DNA of 11,886 nt from Candidatus Bathyarchaeota archaeon (lineage in GTDB: Archaea; Thermoproteota; Bathyarchaeia; TCS64), in contig JBDRQD010000019.1 in the NCBI GenBank assembly GCA_043826455.1, positions 1 through 11,886 of the forward strand, written 5' to 3'. Shown here in pieces: positions 7,104-11,886 of the stretch. The notes below the pieces were generated by a model that was not told the DNA's origin, made no database searches, and was given only the letters and a program-made list of their open reading frames with translations. The position numbers were made by a program, and so were the translations under genes. Within the stretch, counting starts at the first letter, position 1. Every line of letters begins with the position of its first letter.

Positions 7104-7667
7104 CTACTCGTAGTAGATTAAGTCGTAGTCCTCAAGTATCAAGTGGAGCTTCTCCACGGCCTCACGGACCATGTCCTCGTGCTTCGCCCCCGTGCACACC
7201 AGCTTACCTGAAGAGAACATGAGCATCACCACCTTGGGCTCACCCATACGGTAGACAAGGCCGGGGAACTGCTCGGGCTCGTACATCACGTTCTCCATGA
7301 TGTCCGCAGCGGTCTCCAGGTCAATCTTGCCGTGGAGGTTGGCTGTGGCCACTATGTTCTGGGTGACTATCTTGGGTTTACCCAGTATGATTATCCCGTT
7401 GTTCTTGAGCTCCCGCACCACCTTATTTACGGCGCTCCGGGCCATCTTCTCAGACTTGGCCCCGGTGCACACCATCTTGCCGGACCCGAAGATGAGGGTG
7501 GTCGTCTTCGGCCTCTTAAGCCTGAATACGAGGCCCGGGAACCGTTTGGGGCGGTACTCAACGTTGCGGAAGACCTTCATGATGGCTAGGAGGTCGATCT
7601 TCTGGTCGAGGGTTGCTGTGGCTACTACGTTTTGTATTACTATTTCAAGGTCTCGTGTTTCAGCCAC
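7104..7667 (-). CDS. tbp: TATA-box-binding protein
   Basis: Two TBP repeats: IQNVVAT...EYRPKRFPGLVFRL...LIFGSGKMVCTGAKSE and TQNIVAT...YEPEQFPGLVYRM...MFSSGKLVCTGAK. GTG start. Confidence 0.98.
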   Translation of the reverse strand: MAETRDLEIVIQNVVATATLDQKIDLLAIMKVFRNVEYRPKRFPGLVFRLKRPKTTTLIFGSGKMVCTGAKSEKMARSAVNKVVRELKNNGIIILGKPKIVTQNIVATANLHGKIDLETAADIMENVMYEPEQFPGLVYRMGEPKVVMLMFSSGKLVCTGAKHEDMVREAVEKLHLILEDYDLIYYE

Positions 7668-7895
7668 AACCGTTCACATACATTTTACAAACCCACCACT
7701 ACTAAACATTTCAGCGCGGACGCGGGCGGATTCAATGATTCGTTATTCTTATTGGGATGGTTACCGCACGCGCAACAGTTCCATCTCCGGAGACGTGGCT
7801 GTCATTCTTAAATGGGGCAAATATTGGAGCTGTCTCTATTTGTAATGGATAACGCCGCGGGGAGGGAAGCCGCGTGAAACCGTTTCTCCCCCGCT

Positions 7896-8129
7896 TCAGG
7901 CCCCGCCATTCGCCTGCGGAGCCGGAGCACCCACGGCCGGGGCAGGCTCGCTTTGTTGCACGCTAGCACTGCTCCCATGGCCTCTGAAGGGCTCAATGAG
8001 CACCACTACCTTGTCCAGCGAGGACGACACACTCTTCACCCTGTAGTCTCTATGGATCTCATCTAGGCTCGCTACTGTGCCCCGGTCGATGGTGCAGCCG
8101 AAGGGTCCCAGTTCAATCACCTTTATCAT
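7896..8129 (-). CDS. Small hypothetical protein (77 aa, Pro/Ala-rich tail)
   Basis: ATG preceded by GAGGCGTGA, with TTTAATT about 24 nt upstream. It fills otherwise empty space co-directional with tbp. No family recognised. Confidence 0.5.
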   Translation of the reverse strand: MIKVIELGPFGCTIDRGTVASLDEIHRDYRVKSVSSSLDKVVVLIEPFRGHGSSASVQQSEPAPAVGAPAPQANGGA

Positions 8130-8263
8130 GGTTCACGCCTCGACATGTGCCGAATTAAAGCCGACGAATAACACGGGTGGAGGGAGGTGGGTGAAAAGCC
8201 GCGGGCCTCCTGTTTATTTGGCGGCTAAGATTCATGGGCCCGCACGCGCACTCACCGTTGACT

Positions 8264-8628
8264 TTAAGCCAACTGACTTAACGCTCTCCGGGTCTCCTCT
8301 GGGAACTCCCCAAGTAGCTTCCCTATGAAGAGTGACGCCAGGTGTTCCCTTAGCTCTGCTTCGCTGTACCTGTGACGGTATATCCGCCGATAGCCTCCCC
8401 TCCCCGTCCTCTCCTGTAGCCGAGTAAGCCGTTGTCCACCATGGCGTTGAGGCCGTTGATGATGCTGGCCCGACTTATAGAGCCCTGCAGCTTTTCGTTG
8501 ACTTGGTCCCACACCTCTCTGCTATTAGCGCCTTCCTGGACAGTCCATAGGTACCTTAGGGCGAGTATCTGGTAGGGCTTGAAGAACATCTCGTAACCGG
8601 TTTTAGAAAGATCCATTTCTAGTGACAT
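8264..8628 (-). pseudogene. Winged-HTH transcription regulator (BlaI/MecI/CopY-like) split by a 1-nt frameshift (pseudogene or sequencing error)
   Basis: ORF 8350-8643 gives KPYQILALRYLW...ANSREVWDQV...SISRASIINGLNAMVDNGLLGY. ORF 8264-8512 continues ERTGRGGYRRIY...EFPEETRRAL (the wing). One extra G at ~8413 (TAC AGG [G]AG AGG ACG) joins them into ~121 aa from ATG 8628. Confidence 0.75.
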
Positions 8629-8650
8629 GGCTGAGAATATCAAACAGATG

Positions 8651-8669
8651 AGATATTTAAGTTATATCT
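8651..8669 (-). promoter_or_regulatory. TATA box (TTAAATA, minus strand) within inverted repeat AGATAT-N7-ATATCT
   Basis: TTAAATA (8660-8654) lies ~26 nt upstream of ATG 8628, consistent with a leaderless archaeal promoter. A perfect 6-bp inverted repeat overlaps it. Confidence 0.5.
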
Positions 8670-8762
8670 TTCTATAATGATTAGAAGGTATCACATTAAG
8701 TCTTTTAGAAGAATCCAACTAAACCCACTTCCACGGCTTAGGTGTGGGGGTCAAACCCACCT

Positions 8763-8876
8763 TTACTCATAAACGTCATCGTTTGGGAGGCTCACTACTG
8801 CGCTCTCATGATCCTGCCGCGTATGCTGACTATAGGTGAGACACCTGTTCACCCTGTCCTTCAGGCTCTCCGACAA
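8763..8876 (-). CDS. Possible 37-aa small ORF (MSESLKDRVNRCLTYSQHTRQDHESAVVSLPNDDVYE)
   Basis: Translated by hand from TTG 8876 to TAA 8763, with a purine-rich GGAAGTGTGA upstream. It is below the ORF-track cutoff and no homology was recognised. Confidence 0.25.
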   Translation of the reverse strand: MSESLKDRVNRCLTYSQHTRQDHESAVVSLPNDDVYE

Positions 8877-8923
8877 GCTCTCACACTTCCACCGGTGAGC
8901 GTCTATTGCTCCCAGATTAGCCT

Positions 8924-8954
8924 TGACTGGTCTATCAGTCACCTTTTAACTGAT
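8924..8954 (+). promoter_or_regulatory. TATA-like TTTTAA with overlapping inverted repeats upstream of the Lrp/AsnC gene
   Basis: TGACTG-N6-CAGTCA (8924-8941) and ATCAGT-N9-ACTGAT (8934-8954) surround TTTTAA (8944-8949), ~36 nt before ATG 8986. Confidence 0.45.
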
Positions 8955-8985
8955 GGCAGCGTAGATCCTTCCCAGTGAAGCCCTG

Positions 8986-9213
8986 ATGGCTACGGCTTAT
9001 GTCCTGATCAACGCCGAGATGGGAGAAGAGAACAGGGTGCATATGAGGCTCAAGGAGATCCCTGAGGTGAAGGAGGCCTACATGGTCTACGGGGTCTACG
9101 ACATCATCGCCCGTGTGCAGACAGAGACTATGGAGGAGTTAAAAGATGTTCTCAGCTGGAAGATCAGGCGCCTCGACAAGGTCAGATCGACGTTGACCAT
9201 GATTGTGTTCTAA
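8986..9213 (+). CDS. Stand-alone Lrp/AsnC ligand-binding (RAM) domain protein
   Basis: AYVLINAEMG...PEVKEAYMVYGVYDIIARV...IRRLDKVRSTLTMIV, 75 aa, no HTH. Confidence 0.93.
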   Translation: MATAYVLINAEMGEENRVHMRLKEIPEVKEAYMVYGVYDIIARVQTETMEELKDVLSWKIRRLDKVRSTLTMIVF

Positions 9214-9220
9214 CCCCGCC

Positions 9221-9242
9221 CTTCTTTCTTTAGCTCCATTTT
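9221..9242 (+). terminator. T-rich terminator candidate for the RAM gene
   Basis: cttctttcttt...catttt just after the stop at 9213. Confidence 0.45.
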
Positions 9243-9265
9243 ACCCATACAATAAGTGTTTACAC

Positions 9266-9342
9266 AAGGGTGCTGGCTGTGGGGATCGAACACAGATTTA
9301 CAAGTCTATGTTTGACCCCTGAACACCACGTCTTCCACCCTT
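9266..9342. repeat. Long imperfect palindrome/hairpin (77 nt) between convergent genes
   Basis: Core GGGGATCGAACACAGATT-TACA-AGTCTATGTTTGACCCC (9281-9319), flanked by TGGCTGT/ACACCA and AAGGGTG/CACCCTT arms. Confidence 0.6.
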
Positions 9343-9347
9343 AACCG

Positions 9348-9364
9348 AAGAAAGAAAAGGAAAA
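9348..9364 (-). terminator. T-rich terminator candidate for alba
   Basis: The minus strand reads ttttccttttctttctt directly after the alba stop. Confidence 0.55.
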
Positions 9365-9640
9365 CTAGTTCTTCGCCAGAGTTATCGCTATGTTGCTGAC
9401 GTTCCTCGGGCTACCGTCCTCGGACTCCAGCTGCTCAGTCCCGATGCTAATGTCCTTCACGACGAGATCCGAGACGAACTGGTTCCTCACAACCTCAGCC
9501 ACGTCCACCGCCTTACTGATGGCACGACCCCTAGCCATGAGGGTCACCTCGCTACTCTCATCCCTCAGGGCCGTCATCGCCGCTAGACAGTAAGCCATAA
9601 CGGGTTTCATGCCGATGTAGACAACGTTACCTTTCTCCAA
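9365..9640 (-). CDS. albA: DNA/RNA-binding chromatin protein Alba (Sac10b family)
   Basis: VYIGMKPVMAY...ARGRAISKAVDVAEVVRNQF...ISIGTE...RNVSNIAI. TTG start with an AGGTGA SD upstream. Confidence 0.96.
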   Translation of the reverse strand: MEKGNVVYIGMKPVMAYCLAAMTALRDESSEVTLMARGRAISKAVDVAEVVRNQFVSDLVVKDISIGTEQLESEDGSPRNVSNIAITLAKN

Positions 9641-9670
9641 CTTGTGTCACCTTGTGTTTACCTGTGTTCG
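9641..9670. repeat. Three imperfect 10-bp tandem repeats immediately upstream of alba
   Basis: cttgtgtcac / cttgtgttta / cctgtgttcg. Confidence 0.55.
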
Positions 9671-9694
9671 GTAACTTAAAGTGAATCCAAACAG

Positions 9695-9707
9695 GTATTA
9701 ATCTTTT
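9695..9707 (-). promoter_or_regulatory. BRE/TATA-like element for alba
   Basis: The minus strand reads AAAAGATTAATAC, ~55 nt upstream of the alba start. A second TTTAAG lies at 9680-9675. Confidence 0.45.
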
Positions 9708-9786
9708 AGGAGTTATGCACTAGGTTAGAGGTGACACTCAAAGTATGAGGTTAAGGAGATCGGGAGAATGCTAAAGGGGAAACCTG

Positions 9787-9954
9787 TTAAGGCTTCTTAG
9801 GTATGGTGTGACTTAGTTTATTGTCCTTAAAATAAGCATTAAAACTCTTACCACACTCCACACAGTAAAATGATTTAGCGTCATAAACATCATACCTCCA
9901 CTCCTTTTCCACATACTTGGAAACCTTACCGCACATGGGGCACGCCACCACCAA
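9787..9954 (-). CDS. Small basic CPxCG zinc-ribbon protein (possibly Cren7-like)
   Basis: CPMCG...KEW...FYCVECGKSF, Lys- and aromatic-rich. GGAGTG upstream favours TTG 9954 (55 aa) over 9972. Confidence 0.75.
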   Translation of the reverse strand: MVVACPMCGKVSKYVEKEWRYDVYDAKSFYCVECGKSFNAYFKDNKLSHTIPKKP

Positions 9955-10218
9955 TAAAGCACTCCCATACACGGTAAAGATTTACCTTCCAGCCACACAA
10001 AAATTTTTTTTGATCCACGCAGACAGTACCCGGCTTCCTCATGAAATGAGCTCCCTGTGTCCTGATAAAGCAGCAAATGAGGCAAAATAAGACTTGTACA
10101 CACCCAGACCAAAGAAGGGCTTTCATCGAAACACGACTTGTGAATGTAACCGCCAGCCTCATGAATGCATGAGCCATTAGGCGCCAAGGGCTCAATGCTG
10201 GAGACGAGTAAAGGGGGG

Positions 10219-11190
10219 TCACACCTGGACGTTGAACTCCATGCGCCGGGCCAGCTCCTTGTACCTGTTCCTTATAGTAACCTCGGTGACCTGAGCCTCC
10301 CGGGCTATCTCGCCCTGGACTCGCCTCTCACCGTTGAGCATGCAACTGATGTAGACACACGCCGCCGCCATACCCTGGGGCCCCCTGCCACTGGTGAGCT
10401 TCATCTCGGACGCCTGGTTCAGAATCAGCATGGCCAGCCTCTCCGTCTCCCCCGTCAAGGCCAGCCTGTTCACCAGCCTGCTGATGTAGCCCTGAGGGTC
10501 CACCTGGGGCACAGTGGGCTTCAGCTCCCTGAGCAGGAACCTGTAGTTGCGGGCCGCCTCCTTCTTGGTGATGTTGGCAGTCTCAGCCACGTCCCCCAGG
10601 GTCCTGATGATCCCGCACTGCCTGCACGCCATGTAGATGCTGGCCACGGCCACGCTCTGGATGGTCCGGCCGCGGATGAGCTGCTTCTGGATAGCCCTCC
10701 TATAGATCATGCTCGACGTCTCCATGACGTTCCTGGGCAGGTTCAGCTTGTAGCTTATCTTACTCATCTCGCTGAGAGCGTGAGCCAGGTTACGCTGGTT
10801 GCTGCCCGACACCTTGCTCCGCCTGTGCCACTTCCTGAGCCTGTAGAATTTCGCCTGCTCCTCCGGGCTGAGCCTGCGCACTGACGCGCCTCTGTCCTGC
10901 CAGCCTATGGTGGTGCTCAGCCCCTTGTCGTGGATGATCCACGTCACCGGTGCGCCGACCCTGGGCTTGTTCTCCTGCTGCTCCGGCTCGAAGGCCCTCC
11001 ACTCGGGGCCATGATCGATGAGCGTGGACGAGACCACGTAGCCGCATGCCCGGCACACAAGCTCACCGGCCTCCACGTCCCGGAGGAGGCTGAATCCGCC
11101 GCACTCCCTGCAGAAGGTGGGGGCCATCTCTCCTAGGACCTTCATCTTCTCTGGATACCCTTCCACTTTTGCCCGTAATTGAAGACGCAT
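10219..11190 (-). CDS. tfb: Transcription initiation factor IIB (TFB)
   Basis: Zn ribbon CRECG...CRACG, B-reader IDHGPEWRAF, linker RVGAP...HDKGLSTTI, RLRKW, two cyclin repeats (LIRGR...IYMACR; GRGPQGMAAACVY) and BRE-binding HTH VTEVTIRNRYKEL. The true start may be a downstream Met. Confidence 0.98.
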   Translation of the reverse strand: MRLQLRAKVEGYPEKMKVLGEMAPTFCRECGGFSLLRDVEAGELVCRACGYVVSSTLIDHGPEWRAFEPEQQENKPRVGAPVTWIIHDKGLSTTIGWQDRGASVRRLSPEEQAKFYRLRKWHRRSKVSGSNQRNLAHALSEMSKISYKLNLPRNVMETSSMIYRRAIQKQLIRGRTIQSVAVASIYMACRQCGIIRTLGDVAETANITKKEAARNYRFLLRELKPTVPQVDPQGYISRLVNRLALTGETERLAMLILNQASEMKLTSGRGPQGMAAACVYISCMLNGERRVQGEIAREAQVTEVTIRNRYKELARRMEFNVQV

Positions 11191-11219
11191 CTATGATTAA
11201 GGCGTTTTCCATGGTAGCC

Positions 11220-11620
11220 TTACTGTATCGATGTTAAATGCGTGTGAGGAGTTTCTCTCGTCTTTTCACTCTCTTTGAGGTTTATCCACTCGGTTAGAAT
11301 GGGGCAGAGGATGGGTGAAGTAAAGCGTCCGGGGATGCATCTGTCTGTTTCGTCGCAGGCCAGGCAGGGGCAGTCCTTTATCGAGTCTAGGGTGACGTGC
11401 TTCCTGAGGGAGATGAGCCTGTAGGTCCAACGCCCGTCGTGCAGCTCCTTCAGCCTTTCTATGGCCTCCCTCTCCAAGAACTTGAGGGCTACCCTGGATC
11501 CTCCCATCTATAGGCTCCAAGAGTCTTCCACATCTCCACCTGTAGGATGCCCTCGCCTCCGGCGCCGTGTATCATTCGGGACGCCTGTCTCACCCGTTCT
11601 TCCCTGCTAACCTTTCTCAA
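11220..11620 (-). pseudogene. TFE-beta / archaeal RPC34 orthologue (wHTH + 4Fe-4S domain) split by a 1-nt frameshift (pseudogene or sequencing error)
   Basis: From TTG 11620 the frame reads MRKVSREERV...GEGILQVEMWKTLGAYRWE. A second frame continues GSRVALKFLERE...ELHDGRWTYRL...CPCLACDETDRCIPGRFTSPILCPILTEWI (CxxC-x5-C-x10-C). One extra G at ~11500 (GAG [G]GA TCC) restores ~133 aa. It lies directly upstream of tfb. Confidence 0.82.
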
Positions 11621-11885
11621 CCCGGGCTCGCTCCACAGTCACCCTTTGTACCTTATTCCATGGATTTGTTCCCATGGAGGCGTAGAACGTGTTTCCGTAC
11701 TCCCTTCTTTCGAGGGCCGAGGCGTCGGCGAAGAAGACCTTGAACCGTTCGATCCCTTCGTATCCGTCTAGGCCCTTTAGGTGGTGGTCCTTCAAGTGTC
11801 TGGTCTGGCCTAGGGTCAACAGCCGGAAGTCCTTGGGGACGTCTTCTACCGTTCCGAATGTCTCGAGGGTGATGATTATTGGGGC
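11607..11885 (-). CDS. Hypothetical protein, 3' end (runs off window)
   Basis: The frame stays open to the window edge (APIIITLETFGTVEDVPKDFRLLTLGQTRH...RVEKG*). Its stop overlaps the TFE-beta start, suggesting an operon. Family not recognised. Confidence 0.65.
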   Translation of the reverse strand, partial: APIIITLETFGTVEDVPKDFRLLTLGQTRHLKDHHLKGLDGYEGIERFKVFFADASALERREYGNTFYASMGTNPWNKVQRVTVERARVEKG

Positions 11886-11886
11886 G

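Noticed and set aside
7297..7845. 182-aa plus-strand ORF (also 7332-7589 and 6869-7222)
   Set aside because: Antisense to tbp or the REC gene, with no recognisable motifs.
8742..8978. 78-aa plus-strand ORF before the RAM gene
   Set aside because: It crosses the likely RAM promoter, has no clear start signals and has an unconvincing composition.
9269..9336. tRNA-like look on the minus strand (TGGTGT...GGTCAAACAT, CTTGTAAA, GTTCGATCCC)
   Set aside because: There is no pairing acceptor stem and no room for a variable loop or 5' T-stem. The pattern is better explained by the long hairpin. tRNAscan-SE/ARAGORN would settle it.
10061..10132. Hammerhead-like CTGATA...CGAAAC words
   Set aside because: The core does not match CUGANGA and the required stems could not be formed.
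9813..10222. ORFs 9813-10187 and 9926-10222
   Set aside because: They overlap the Zn-ribbon gene out of frame, run through an A8T5 tract and show no recognisable protein features.
10165..10884. 239-aa plus-strand ORF
   Set aside because: Antisense shadow of tfb in GC-rich DNA, with a His/Pro/Leu-rich composition typical of reverse frames.
8405..11505. Programmed -1 frameshifting as the explanation for the two split genes
   Set aside because: No X-XXY-YYZ slippery heptamer is evident at either site. A single-base loss in a G run is simpler.
1..11886. CRISPR array, transposase/integrase, rRNA, sigma or anti-sigma (RsbV/RsbW) genes
   Set aside because: None seen: there are no regularly spaced repeats or recombinase motifs, and the two STAS proteins and the kinase match RsbR/S/T rather than RsbV/W.

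Overview
Archaeal DNA, most likely Bathyarchaeia or a related TACK lineage (inferred from TBP, TFB, TFE-beta, Alba, DUF835 proteins and frequent TTG/GTG starts). The left half (11-7084) is a signalling locus. It holds a stressosome operon, rsbR (STAS only)-rsbS-rsbT-rsbX, followed by a gene whose N-terminus resembles the RsbT-docking domain of Bacillus RsbU (RsbU_N). That domain is fused to PAS-GAF-PAS and a DUF835 (inactive KaiC-like) domain instead of a phosphatase. Two more DUF835/KaiC-like proteins flank the operon: a degenerate-REC-4xPAS-DUF835-wHTH regulator upstream and a 5'-truncated REC-KaiC-like gene downstream. The right half (7104-11886) is a dense cluster of basal transcription and chromatin genes: TBP with a eukaryote-like PKRF first stirrup, a frameshifted wHTH regulator, a stand-alone Lrp/AsnC RAM domain, Alba, a small CPxCG zinc-ribbon protein, TFB and a frameshifted TFE-beta/RPC34 orthologue. 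The leading hypothesis is an archaeal stressosome whose output is wired into DUF835/KaiC-like signalling and possibly into alternative basal transcription factors rather than a sigma factor. Family calls rest on motif recognition by eye; no searches were run.
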